From: Chloroflexota bacterium
Lineage (GTDB): Bacteria; Chloroflexota; Dehalococcoidia; GIF9; UBA5629
Assembly (NCBI GenBank): GCA_016875875.1
Contig: VGOP01000008.1
Coordinates: forward strand, 19,834-83,833
Direction: 5' to 3'
Length of the DNA stretch: 64,000 nucleotides
A model generated the notes under the pieces. The model searched no databases, was not told the origin of the DNA, and saw only the letters and a program-made list of their open reading frames with translations. Positions 10,063 through 19,392 of this stretch are shown here, in pieces. Numbering within the stretch: the first letter of the stretch is position 1; each line of letters starts with the position of its first letter. Made by a program: the position numbers and the translations under genes.

Positions 10063-10684
10063 GTTTAGCCGTGGTGAAGAACTCAAGTTCCTTTCGCACT
10101 TAGATTTGATGAGGCTTTGGGAGAGGGCTCTACGTCGGGCTGGACTCCCGTTAGCTTATTCGGAAGGTTTTACTCCCCATCCGCAGATTGCCCTGGCAGC
10201 TCCTTTATTAGTGGGTGTGACCAGTGAAGCTGAGCTAATGGATGTCTTCCTGTCCCGATGGGTGTCTCCGCAATCTTTTATGGCTCAGGTAGGGGAGCAA
10301 TTACCTCGTGGCATCGAGCTGCTGGAGGTTTGGCCAGTTGGGCCGAAGGTTCCGTCACTTCAATCTCAGGTTAGATTTGTCGAGTATAGGGTTGAGCTAA
10401 AGACAGAAAAGGTGTCTCAGGACGTTGAGGCGGCTTTACAATCTTTCCTTTCAGCCAAGGAATTACCGTGGCACCATCTCAGAGATACAGGAGCCCGTTA
10501 CTATGATTTGCGTGCCCTGGTAGATGACCTGTGGCTTATCGATTGCCAAGATTCTTTGTGTGTTTTAGGCATGAGATTGCGCTGCGATGAAAGGGGCGCT
10601 GGCAGGCCGGAGCAAGTGGCTAAGGCTCTGGGTTTCTCCCAACGTCCTAAATCCATCCATCGCATCAATCTGATTTTGAGCTGA
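10043..10684 (+). CDS. TIGR03936/DUF2344-family (radical-SAM-linked) protein
   Basis: 213 aa. N-terminus RLKFSRGEELKFLSHLDLMRLWERALRRAGLPLAYSEGFTPHP matches the DUF2344 signature. It overlaps the upstream gene by 20 nt. Confidence 0.6.
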   Translation: MQRLRLKFSRGEELKFLSHLDLMRLWERALRRAGLPLAYSEGFTPHPQIALAAPLLVGVTSEAELMDVFLSRWVSPQSFMAQVGEQLPRGIELLEVWPVGPKVPSLQSQVRFVEYRVELKTEKVSQDVEAALQSFLSAKELPWHHLRDTGARYYDLRALVDDLWLIDCQDSLCVLGMRLRCDERGAGRPEQVAKALGFSQRPKSIHRINLILS

Positions 10685-10702
10685 ATCGAAGTCGGTTAAG
10701 CA

Positions 10703-11833
10703 ATGCAGCTAGCAGAGCCTCGTTTAAATACTAAGCGTCAAGAACTGGCTAAGAAATACGCCAGGCTTATGAGGCGCCTGTCCTTTGCCGAGTTAGCAGT
10801 AGTCGGCGCACTGCTGCTAGCACTTATCTTCGGTGGTATCTCAGTCAAACTTGGCTATTTCCTAGCTTTTTCTCAACCCTGGGCATCGGCTTTGTATTTT
10901 GTTATTTTGGTAGTTGGTTTGGGGTTAATAATGATGCCGTTGTCCTATTACCAAGGCTTTATATTGCCACGACGTTACGGTTTGTCAAGTCAAAAGCTCG
11001 GTGCCTGGCTAGCAGATAGAGCTAAAGCCTCAGCCTTGGGCTTTTTATTAGGTTTGGCAATAGTTATCGCTATTTACTGGTTATTAGACCGCTTCCCAGA
11101 CTTCTGGTGGTTATGGGCTGGCATACTGTTATTTCTGCTCAGCTTGCTGCTAACGCGGCTAACGCCCACATTACTCTTGCCTATTTTCTTTAAGTTAGAG
11201 CCTCTCGGTGATGCGGAGCTTAAGCAAAGGTTGATGAATCTGGCAAAGCGTGTGCCAGCTCAGATTGTCGGTGTATTCACCATAGATTTGAGCAGCAAAG
11301 GCACTACAGCTAATGCCATGTTAGCCGGTTTGGGCAAGACGAGAAGTATTATTCTCAGTGATACTCTGCTCCAGCAATACACTGCGGAGGAGGTTGAAGT
11401 TATATTGGCACATGAATTGGGCCATCACCTCCACCGGGATATTCCCAAGCTTATCGCTATTCAAGCTGTCATGGTTCTGCTAGCCTTCTACCTGTCTGAT
11501 TGGGTTTTAAGAGCCAGTATCATGCCTTTGGGGTTTCAAGGGATTGCTGATGTAGCGGCCTTCCCTGTGCTGTTCCTATCTCTAGCCGCTTTTGGCTTGA
11601 TGGTAACGCCATTTATTAACGCCTATAGTCGTTATGTGGAGACATCGGCTGACGAGGCCGCCCTGGAACTGACGGCCAACCCACAGGCTTTCGTCACGGC
11701 AATGACCAAGCTCACTGACCAGAATCTGGCTGTAGCCGACCCCAGCCGTTGGGTGGAGCTATTATTTTATGACCATCCACCATATACTAAGCGAGTGGAT
11801 TTGGCTCGGCGCTATAATTTGAAGGTTCCTTAA
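10703..11833 (+). CDS. M48-family zinc metallopeptidase (Ste24/HtpX-like), polytopic membrane protein
   Basis: 376 aa with multiple TM helices. HELGHHLHRD contains the HExxH zinc site, with a downstream E typical of M48. Confidence 0.7.
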   Translation: MQLAEPRLNTKRQELAKKYARLMRRLSFAELAVVGALLLALIFGGISVKLGYFLAFSQPWASALYFVILVVGLGLIMMPLSYYQGFILPRRYGLSSQKLGAWLADRAKASALGFLLGLAIVIAIYWLLDRFPDFWWLWAGILLFLLSLLLTRLTPTLLLPIFFKLEPLGDAELKQRLMNLAKRVPAQIVGVFTIDLSSKGTTANAMLAGLGKTRSIILSDTLLQQYTAEEVEVILAHELGHHLHRDIPKLIAIQAVMVLLAFYLSDWVLRASIMPLGFQGIADVAAFPVLFLSLAAFGLMVTPFINAYSRYVETSADEAALELTANPQAFVTAMTKLTDQNLAVADPSRWVELLFYDHPPYTKRVDLARRYNLKVP

Positions 11834-11844
11834 GGAGGCAAGCG

Positions 11845-12456
11845 ATTAGACTTATTCTAGTTAGACATGGCGAAACTGCATGGAATCAGGAACGACGGAT
11901 TCAGGGTGGCAGCAGTGATGTTGAGTTAAGCGAGGTCGGGAGAAAACAAGCAGAGAGGCTGGGGCTGGCGCTACAGGAAACGAAAATCGACGCCATTTAT
12001 TCCAGCCCGTTAAAACGCGCTTTTGATACAGCGCAGGCTATTGCTAGCCACCATAATTTAACAGTGCAAGTGGAGCCCGATTTGCGGGAGATGGAGGTTG
12101 GTGAACTTGAAGGTGTATCTATAGCCGAACTTGGCACTAATTTTAGCCAGTTTTTGCTCCAGTGGCGGCAGGGGCAGGGCGTGAATAAATTGCCTGGTGG
12201 TGAGAGTGTAGTTGAAATGGCGGACAGGGTGTGGGCAACCATTCAGCCTATAATGAAGAGACATGAGGAGGAAACAGTAGTGGTGGTGAGCCATTTCTTT
12301 ACTGTTGTGGTCACTATCTGCAAAGCTCTGGTATGGCCACTCAGCTGCCTTGAGCGGATTAGAGTACAGACGGGCAGTATTAGTATAATTGAATTGGGAG
12401 ATGGGCAGACCCGCCTGGTATCATTGGGTGATACTTGTCATCTAAGAGAGGACTGA
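11845..12456 (+). CDS. histidine phosphatase family protein (phosphoglycerate-mutase-like, cobC-like)
   Basis: The frame contains IRLILVRHGETAWNQERRIQG, the catalytic RHG motif. There is no ATG/GTG/TTG upstream of that motif, so the start is putatively ATT at 11845 with an AAGGAGG SD 6 nt upstream. The ORF-track GTG at 12064 would delete the catalytic motif. Confidence 0.6.
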   Translation: MRLILVRHGETAWNQERRIQGGSSDVELSEVGRKQAERLGLALQETKIDAIYSSPLKRAFDTAQAIASHHNLTVQVEPDLREMEVGELEGVSIAELGTNFSQFLLQWRQGQGVNKLPGGESVVEMADRVWATIQPIMKRHEEETVVVVSHFFTVVVTICKALVWPLSCLERIRVQTGSISIIELGDGQTRLVSLGDTCHLRED

Positions 12457-12457
12457 G

Positions 12458-13885
12458 TTGGCCAGGAAAGAGAAAACGCTGGAGCAAAAAGTTACCAGCT
12501 TTATCCGTGAGCATAGTCTTTTTTCAGCGGGTGACAAGCTGGTAGTGGCGGTATCCGGTGGCGCCGACTCAGTTTGTTTGCTTCATATGTTGGCGCAGCA
12601 GCGAAAAGAGCTGGGGATAGAACTGCATGTAGCTCATCTCAATCACCAGCTTCGAGATGCCGAATCTGATTCAGATGCCAGCTATGTTTCTGATTTGGCT
12701 TGTAGGTTGGGTGTGCCGGCAACGATTGAGTGTCGAGACGTGGCAGCATATCGTGACCAGAAAGGTGGCTCCTTGGAGGAAGCCGCCCGGGAGATACGCT
12801 ATGGCTTTTTGGCCGAAGTAGCCAATAAGATAGGTGCCTCTAAGGTGGTGGTGGGACATACCCGTGATGACCATATTGAGACTATTCTTATGCATCTACT
12901 GCGTGGGGCGGGTACAGCAGGACTGTGTGGCCTGCAGTCTTGTTCCATATTGCCATACGGAGAAAACAGTGGGTGGCTTGAAGTAGTGCGCCCATTGCTT
13001 GATATTACACGGCAGGAAACGCTGGACTACTGCCAGCGATACAACCTGGCTCCGCGGAGCGATTCCTCCAATGTATCGCCAACTTTTCTCAGAAACCGCA
13101 TTCGCCTTGAGCTGATACCTGTGCTCAGAAGTTACAACACAAATATTGATGAGGCTTTTATCAGGCTAGCAGCTATTGCTGGCGATGACATCTCTTTTAT
13201 CGAAGAGCAGGCTTCATTGTTGTGGGATGAGCTAGCTAAGGAGGAGGCTGGTGCAATATACCTGGATATAAACAAGTTGATTGACTTGCCGCGTGCCATA
13301 CAGAGACAGGTCTTTAGAATGGCAATTAAGCAGTTCCGTGGTAATCTTAAGGACATCGAGGCTGACCACATTGAGGCAATGATAGATTTTCTATCGAAAC
13401 CAGCGGGCAAAAGATTATGCCTCCCGGATGGTTTGACGTTGTCTACAGAGTATAGTCATCTGGTCTTAGCATCGGCTCAGGCTTCGATATGCCCATTACC
13501 TTCTCTCAGAGGCGCTTCAGATATTAATATTCCCGGCGAAACTGATTTGCCTGGCTGGCGGGTTAGAGCGGATATAATTCAAGAGGTGGTTGGCGATGAC
13601 AATGGTCTTGCTGCCAGCTTCGATTTGGCTAAGGTCGGTAGAGAATTGACAGTGCGGAGACGCAGACCTGGTGACCGTTTCCAGCCCCTGGGTATGAGTC
13701 AAACCAAGAAGCTCCAGGACTTCATGGTTGATTCCAGGATTCCCCGTTCCTGGAGAGACCGTGTACCATTGGTTTGCTCGCCAAAGCAAATATTATGGGT
13801 TGTCGGCTGGAGAATAGATGATAGGGTTAAGGTCACTGAAAATACGAAGGAGATACTGTGCCTACGGTTTGAAAGGTTAACCTGA
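12458..13885 (+). CDS. tilS: tRNA(Ile)-lysidine synthetase
   Basis: 475 aa. PP-loop SGGADSVCLLHML, an HLNHQLR region, and the C-terminal TilS substrate-binding domain. Confidence 0.8.
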   Translation: MARKEKTLEQKVTSFIREHSLFSAGDKLVVAVSGGADSVCLLHMLAQQRKELGIELHVAHLNHQLRDAESDSDASYVSDLACRLGVPATIECRDVAAYRDQKGGSLEEAAREIRYGFLAEVANKIGASKVVVGHTRDDHIETILMHLLRGAGTAGLCGLQSCSILPYGENSGWLEVVRPLLDITRQETLDYCQRYNLAPRSDSSNVSPTFLRNRIRLELIPVLRSYNTNIDEAFIRLAAIAGDDISFIEEQASLLWDELAKEEAGAIYLDINKLIDLPRAIQRQVFRMAIKQFRGNLKDIEADHIEAMIDFLSKPAGKRLCLPDGLTLSTEYSHLVLASAQASICPLPSLRGASDINIPGETDLPGWRVRADIIQEVVGDDNGLAASFDLAKVGRELTVRRRRPGDRFQPLGMSQTKKLQDFMVDSRIPRSWRDRVPLVCSPKQILWVVGWRIDDRVKVTENTKEILCLRFERLT

Positions 13886-14139
13886 TGGCAGTGGATTTGG
13901 AATTGCGTCTACGTCGGCTTACGGTGGATGAGGCTTTGCCAAAGCTCGACCGTTACCTTAATGCTGCCTTCATGGCTGGGCTACCTTATGTGCGCATTGT
14001 CCATGGCAAAGGGACGGGGGTGCTGCGCCAGGCAGTGCACGAGATATTGGCAGAACATCCTCTGGTCAAATCCCATCGCCTGGCTGATTATGGTGAGGGT
14101 GGACTGGGGGTCACCGTAGTGGAACTGGCAAATCATTAG
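13885..14139 (+). CDS. Smr-domain protein (MutS2 C-terminal-like small nuclease domain)
   Basis: 84 aa. LDLHG-like core (VDEALPKLDRYLN...VRIVHGKGTGVLRQAV) is typical of Smr. The start overlaps the tilS stop (TGATG). Confidence 0.55.
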   Translation: MAVDLELRLRRLTVDEALPKLDRYLNAAFMAGLPYVRIVHGKGTGVLRQAVHEILAEHPLVKSHRLADYGEGGLGVTVVELANH

Positions 14140-14161
14140 ATTGAGTTTGTTGTGTGATTCA

Positions 14162-14194
14162 TTTCTGTCATTGCGAGCGAAGCGTGGCAATCTC
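14162..14194. repeat. 33-bp intergenic repeat unit (family A), forward copy
   Basis: tttctgtcattgcgagcgaagcgtggcaatctc is identical to the reverse complement of 26892-26924. Related degenerate copies are at 26056-26094 and 26163-26193. Confidence 0.7.
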
Positions 14195-14208
14195 CAAATA
14201 GGTCGAGC

Positions 14209-14268
14209 CCCCGAGGTTAAAACCTCGGGGCTACACGTTAAAAATAATGCCAGGCTAAAGCCTGGCTG
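14209..14268. repeat. hairpin-forming intergenic repeat (family B)
   Basis: cccccgaggttaaaacctcggggctacacgtt and ccaggctaaagcctgg resemble ggctaaagcctcgggggctacatgtt at 34940-34967. Confidence 0.5.
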
Positions 14269-14308
14269 CTACTCGCAATGACAGTTAGAAACAAAAGGAG
14301 GCAATTTA

Positions 14309-14979
14309 TGAACAAAATAGGTGAACGGCGTGAGCGGTTGCCGCTGCGTTTTCCCTTCAAAAAGGCAATGGAGAATTTCCGCTCCACGTGTTTGAGTCGT
14401 GACGACTATGACCCGGCGACCACCTTTGTCTGGGGACAGATGATGGCTCTGGGGGTATTGCGAATATTGCAGGCGGTCGAGGAGCGTTTCGGTGCTGAAG
14501 GACAGGAGGTATGCAGACGTGCTATAAACGACCTGGGAAGGGAAATTTTTCTGGAGATGGCTTCGGGAGTTGAAATCCCTCCAGATTTGAGCGATATAGA
14601 GGTGGCTTCGTTGATGGCTAGCTGGTTGAATGAGGTCCTGTACGCCTCTATAGAGGAGACCTTTATTAAGAACCAGGATGAGGCTGGTTTTCACATTCTC
14701 TATTGCCCGCATCAGGATGTTTATCAGCCTTTCGACTGCCGAGTGCAGCGATATTTTGTTGAGGGCACTATGCAGGCAGCACGTGAGCTATGGGGTGATA
14801 GGGGCAATTTCGATGCTTTCTTCCGTTACTCCATCCCTCAAGGCCGTGAAACTTGCCTTTTTGAGATGAAGACTAGAGAAGGTGAGGCAGACCCCTGGCG
14901 GCAGTATAGTGAGGAGCTTCAGCAACGTGCCTTAGAACGCATAAAGCTTAAGAAACAGGGAAAAAAGGGGCAAAGATAG
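14309..14979 (+). CDS. hypothetical protein (possibly ATC-hydrolase-like)
   Basis: Start moved to the ATG at 14309 behind AAAGGAGG. The upstream part of the track ORF lies in the repeat region. The weak ATC-hydrolase-like similarity is only an impression. Confidence 0.4.
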
Positions 14980-15056
14980 ACTCGGCCAAGCGATTTCAAT
15001 TAAAGTTTGTTATCATGTCACCCTGAGCAGCAGCAAAGGGTCCTAGGTTCTGTAAC

Positions 15057-16322
15057 ATGGGAAAACAAGCAATGAACGCAAAGACTGTAGTCCTACCCAG
15101 ACAAATGTGGTATGAGGAGGGAGAACTGCAATTGACATTCCCTGAGTCATGGGAGGTGGTGCCTTGCCTGATGAACGGGCACGACATTCCTCAGATAACC
15201 CCGGAACAGATAAAAGCTGCCTTTAATAATCCTGTAGGCAGTCCTACCCTTAGAAAACTGGCCCGAGGCAGAGCCGAAGTGGCCATAATCTTCGATGATA
15301 TCTCGCGTCCTACCAGAGTTGCTGATTTGATACCATACGTTCTGAGGGAGCTAGAGGCAGCAGGCATTCCTGATGATGCTATCAGATTCATCTGTGCCAC
15401 TGGTGCCCATGGCGCGCATACCTTCCAGGACTTTCAAAATAAGCTGGGCAGCGAGATATTGGACAGGTTCCCGGCTTATAATCACAATATCTATGAGAAC
15501 TGCACCTATGTGGGGCAGACCTCACAGGGTACCAAGCTATCCGTCAATTCCGAGGTAATGAACTGCGACCTGAAGATCGGTATTGGTTCTGTGGTCCCGC
15601 ATGCCCAAACCGGTTTCGGTGGTGGTGGCAAAATTGTCCTGCCCGGCATAGCTTCCATAGAATCGATCGAGGCTTTCCATTTGTTGGAGATAAAAGCCAA
15701 AGAGGAAGGTCGGGGGAATACTGTGGGCCCGGGCAATTGGGCTGAAAATCCCATGGTTCGTGATTTTAACGAGGCAGCAAAAATGGTGGGTCTTGACTTC
15801 AAAGTTGATACCATAATCAATGGTCAGGGAGAACCCTGCGCTATATTTGCCGGTGAGCCTCAAGCTGAATACTACGAGGCGGTTAAGTTTGCCGTGCCAC
15901 ACTATGCTACAAAACCTGTGCCAGGTGCCGATGTGGTGGTAGTGAATGCTTACAGCAAAGGTAATGAAGCTATAGTTGGCTTACTTATAGGCATACCGAT
16001 GCTGATAGAGAAAGGCGGCGACATGGTATTAATCATGGACTGTCCTGCTGGCCAGGTGGTGCATTATCTACTGGGCAGTTTTGGCAGGAGCACAAGGGGG
16101 CGCTTATTCAACGCTGTTAACTTCCAGCTACCGTGGTTGAAGAAGCTGGTGGTATTGTCGCCGCAATTTGAGAAATCAATGGCCGACTGGCTGGCTATAC
16201 CAGATACTATATGGGTAAAGACCTGGCCAGAGGTGATAGATGTTCTAACGCATGATTTTCCAAGTGGTGCCCGGGTGGCGGTTGTTCCTGATGGCACAAT
16301 CCAATACGTGTCGTGGTCTTAG
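15057..16322 (+). CDS. LarA-family protein (nickel-pincer-cofactor-dependent lactate racemase-like, DUF2088)
   Basis: 421 aa. Motifs ICATGAHGAHT and KIGIGSVVPHAQTGFGGGGK match the LarA His/Lys cofactor-binding regions. Confidence 0.65.
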   Translation: MGKQAMNAKTVVLPRQMWYEEGELQLTFPESWEVVPCLMNGHDIPQITPEQIKAAFNNPVGSPTLRKLARGRAEVAIIFDDISRPTRVADLIPYVLRELEAAGIPDDAIRFICATGAHGAHTFQDFQNKLGSEILDRFPAYNHNIYENCTYVGQTSQGTKLSVNSEVMNCDLKIGIGSVVPHAQTGFGGGGKIVLPGIASIESIEAFHLLEIKAKEEGRGNTVGPGNWAENPMVRDFNEAAKMVGLDFKVDTIINGQGEPCAIFAGEPQAEYYEAVKFAVPHYATKPVPGADVVVVNAYSKGNEAIVGLLIGIPMLIEKGGDMVLIMDCPAGQVVHYLLGSFGRSTRGRLFNAVNFQLPWLKKLVVLSPQFEKSMADWLAIPDTIWVKTWPEVIDVLTHDFPSGARVAVVPDGTIQYVSWS

Positions 16323-16341
16323 TTTTCAGAGGAGGCTGGAG

Positions 16342-17079
16342 ATGTCTACAGCAACTACGGAGCTTATAGAGCAGTTCAAGGCAGAGGCTACGCGGGCTGG
16401 TTCGATAGTGTATGAAGCTAAAGACACCGGTGATATCAACGACTATATACTAAAGCTGGCGCGGGAGCGCGATGTGAAGCATGCGGTTAAGTCGAAATCC
16501 GCGGTGGCTAATGAGATTGGATTGAGGGGATATCTTGAGAAAGCCGGCATCGAGGTAAAAGAGACCGACCTTGACGAATGGATTGCCCAGATAGCCGGGC
16601 AGAGGCCAGCCAAGCAGAAAAGCGTTGAGCAGGTGGCTGAGCTTATCTCCAAGGCAACAGGCAAGAAGCTAAACCCCGACCCTCAGGTTTTATTGAACGC
16701 AGCCTGGCGAGCATTGAGAAAGTCTTATATCGATGCCGATCTGGGTATATCAGAGGCAGATGTTGCCATAGCTGAGACAGGGACTTTAGTCGTAGCGAGC
16801 AACGAGGGCAATTCGCGCCTGGTTGCTGTCTTACCTCGTTTCCACCTGACGATAGTCGACTGTGGAAACATAGTCCCGACCATGGAAGACGCTGCTGCCA
16901 GGCTTAAGTCGCTTGTCGGGCGATCGCCAAGTCAGAGAATATCGAGCTATGCCACCTATATCACCGGCAGAAATACAACTGCCGATATACCCGGTGCCAT
17001 ATTAGCCAGGGCTCAGGGGCCTGCAGAGGAGCACATTGTGCTGGTGAAAAAGGCTACAGGTAAGCGAGGTGCAAAATGA
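16342..17079 (+). CDS. LUD-domain (LutC-like, DUF162) lactate utilisation protein
   Basis: Start at the ATG behind GAGGAGG. About 60% identical to the N-terminal 250 aa of the next gene (tandem paralog). Confidence 0.65.
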   Translation: MSTATTELIEQFKAEATRAGSIVYEAKDTGDINDYILKLARERDVKHAVKSKSAVANEIGLRGYLEKAGIEVKETDLDEWIAQIAGQRPAKQKSVEQVAELISKATGKKLNPDPQVLLNAAWRALRKSYIDADLGISEADVAIAETGTLVVASNEGNSRLVAVLPRFHLTIVDCGNIVPTMEDAAARLKSLVGRSPSQRISSYATYITGRNTTADIPGAILARAQGPAEEHIVLVKKATGKRGAK

Positions 17080-19229
17080 GCCGTGCCATGACCAAGCGCG
17101 TGCATAAGGCACTAGCGGACGAAAATCTACAGACCGCCCTTACCAGACTGATGGTGCTGATTAAATTTGCGCGTCAGATAGCATTCACTGACCTTGATTT
17201 TGATTCTTTAAGCAAAGAAATCCGCAGTATAAAGGAAAAGTCCATCGCCAACCTTCCGCAATTGGTGGAGCAGTTTAAGGCAGAAGCAACCAAGGCTGGT
17301 GCCGTGGTGTATGAAGCTGAGGATGACGAGGATGCCAATAGTTATGTGCTAAAGCTGGCGCAGGGACGAGGTGTGAAACATATAGTCAAGTCGAAGTCCA
17401 TGCTTGGTGAGGAAATCGAGTTGAGGGAACATCTTGAAAAAGCCGGCATCGAGGTAACGGAAACCGACATAGGAGAGTGGCTTGTCCAGTTGGCTGGGGA
17501 AAGGCCAGCGCATATAACGGGGCCGGCGATACATAAGACCATTGAACAGGTGGCTGAGCTTATCTCCAAGGCAACAGGTGAAAAGCTTGGCCCTGATCCT
17601 CAGGCTCTGCTGGATGCGGCGCGTCGTGCTTTAAGGCAGTCTTATATTGATGCCGACATGGGCATGTCAGGAGCCAATATCGCCATAGCTGAGACCGGAA
17701 CCCTAGTTATCGTGACCAACGAAGGGAATGGCTGCATGGCAACCACCCTGCCTCCGGTGCATGTGGCAGTGGTCGGTTATGAGAAGTTGGTCTCTAGATG
17801 GGAAGATGCGGCTACCATATTCAGACTGCTCAGCCGATGCACTGTGGGTATGAAGATGCCAGTATATGTCTCTCATATCACCGGGCCTAGTCGTACTAGC
17901 GTCATTCCTGGGGTCACACTGCGTGGTGCCAGTGGCCCTGGTGAAGTCCATATAGTCTTGGTGGATAATGGGCGCTGGCAGATGAGAGAATCCGCTGATT
18001 TCAGGGAGGCGCTGTATTGCATTAAGTGTGGTGCCTGTCTCAACGTCTGTCCGGTTTTCGCCTCGCTTGCCGGGCAGGTTTACGGCTATATATACCAGGG
18101 TGGCATTGGCGCCATATTAACTGCATTTTTACATAGCATGGACGAGGCGGAGGAGGTGGCGAGCTTATGCCTGGGCTGCATGGCCTGTAAGGAAGCCTGT
18201 CCTGCCCGAATTGATATACCGGGGATGATAACGCGGTTAAGAGCCAGTTTGGCAGAGGAAAAAGGCTTGCCGTGGATGAGCAAGATGGTCTACCGGAGCA
18301 TCTTGAAGCACCCGCAAAGATTAGATAGAACGATAAGAATCGGCTCATACTTACAACAGCCTTTCGTTGACAAAGACCTTATGATAAGGCGGCTTCCCTA
18401 TCCATTGAATTCGCTGACGCGGACCATCAGCCTTCCGGCGCTGTCGCATCAGCCATTGCGTGACAGACTGAAGGACTACCCGACGCCAAAGGAAGTGGGC
18501 AAGCCTAAGGTGGCTTTCTATTCCGGCTGTGTGGCCGCCTATGCCTACCCTGAAATCGGTGAAGATGTGCTGAAGGTCGTGAAAGAATTTGGCGCAGAGC
18601 TTTACTATCCGATAGAGCAAGCGTGTTGTGGCGCACCGGCGTTGTTTGCTGGCGATACTGAAACCGCTCTCAGTTTGGCCAAGACGAACATCGCTGCGCT
18701 TGAAGAGATGAGCCCAGATTATATTGTTACCGTATGTCCCGGCTGCGCCGCTGTGCTACAGCGAGAGTATCTGGAGTTGACCGCTGGTGAGCTTGAGTGG
18801 AAGCAGCGAGCCAGAGCCATTTCCAACAAAATTCGTGACTTCTCGCAGCTAGTCCTAGAACTGAAGCCTTCAGCAGAAAAAAAGCCCTCACGAAACCAGA
18901 AAATCACTTACCACGACCCCTGTCATTTAAGGCGGGGACTCGGTGTTTTTAATGAGCCCAGGCAACTGCTGGAACGGGAAGGCTTTGAGTTGGTTGAGAT
19001 GGCAGATGCCGATGCCTGCTGTGGCTTTGGCGGTCATGTTGTGCTCGCTTACCCGGAGCTGTCTGCTTCGATTCTGAAGCGAAAGCTTAATAGCATCGAG
19101 GCAACTGGCATTGACACTGTAGTTACAAATTGCCTACCTTGCGTTCTCCATCTCAGAGGCGGCCTAGACAAGCGCCAGAGCAAAATCAAGGTAGTGCACA
19201 GCGCCGAACTTCTGGCGAGGTCCTTGTAA
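17076..19229 (+). CDS. fused lactate-utilisation Fe-S oxidoreductase (LutC-like LUD + LutB-like 2x[4Fe-4S] + LutA-like double CCG domains)
   Basis: 717 aa. N-terminal LUD domain, ferredoxin motifs CIKCGACLNVCP and CLGCMACKEACP, then two CCG cysteine-rich domains (CCGAP...CPGC and CCGFGG...CLPC). Confidence 0.75.
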   Translation: MSRAMTKRVHKALADENLQTALTRLMVLIKFARQIAFTDLDFDSLSKEIRSIKEKSIANLPQLVEQFKAEATKAGAVVYEAEDDEDANSYVLKLAQGRGVKHIVKSKSMLGEEIELREHLEKAGIEVTETDIGEWLVQLAGERPAHITGPAIHKTIEQVAELISKATGEKLGPDPQALLDAARRALRQSYIDADMGMSGANIAIAETGTLVIVTNEGNGCMATTLPPVHVAVVGYEKLVSRWEDAATIFRLLSRCTVGMKMPVYVSHITGPSRTSVIPGVTLRGASGPGEVHIVLVDNGRWQMRESADFREALYCIKCGACLNVCPVFASLAGQVYGYIYQGGIGAILTAFLHSMDEAEEVASLCLGCMACKEACPARIDIPGMITRLRASLAEEKGLPWMSKMVYRSILKHPQRLDRTIRIGSYLQQPFVDKDLMIRRLPYPLNSLTRTISLPALSHQPLRDRLKDYPTPKEVGKPKVAFYSGCVAAYAYPEIGEDVLKVVKEFGAELYYPIEQACCGAPALFAGDTETALSLAKTNIAALEEMSPDYIVTVCPGCAAVLQREYLELTAGELEWKQRARAISNKIRDFSQLVLELKPSAEKKPSRNQKITYHDPCHLRRGLGVFNEPRQLLEREGFELVEMADADACCGFGGHVVLAYPELSASILKRKLNSIEATGIDTVVTNCLPCVLHLRGGLDKRQSKIKVVHSAELLARSL

Positions 19230-19264
19230 GTAACGTGGTTGGGCTAGGCGTCTAGTAAACAATC
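19166..19264. repeat. left copy of an approximately 100-bp direct duplication (3' end of the lut fusion gene plus downstream sequence)
   Basis: About 90% identical to 20789-20909, which carries an extra 22-bp insertion. Covers the last 20 codons (DKRQSKIKVVHSAELLARSL*) plus 35 bp of 3' flank. Confidence 0.7.
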
Positions 19265-19338
19265 TGACGTTGTTGTCAACACTTTTTGGAGTAAAATTAG
19301 CGAAATATCATCATGTGACACTTGACAACTTTAATCTG

Positions 19339-19382
19339 TGTAGTAAAATATACTGCAATAGCAGTAAATAATACTGCAATTA
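19339..19382. promoter_or_regulatory. tandem operator-like direct repeats upstream of the HTH-nucleotidyltransferase gene
   Basis: gtagtaaaatatactgcaat followed immediately by gcagtaaataatactgcaat. An inverted pair gttgtcaacac / gtgacacttgacaac lies further upstream. Confidence 0.35.
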
Positions 19383-19392
19383 TATAAAAACG

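Noticed and set aside
12064-12456. GTG at 12064 as the start of the phosphatase gene (as in the ORF track)
   Set aside because: It would remove the N-terminal RHG catalytic motif, which is clearly encoded in frame upstream.
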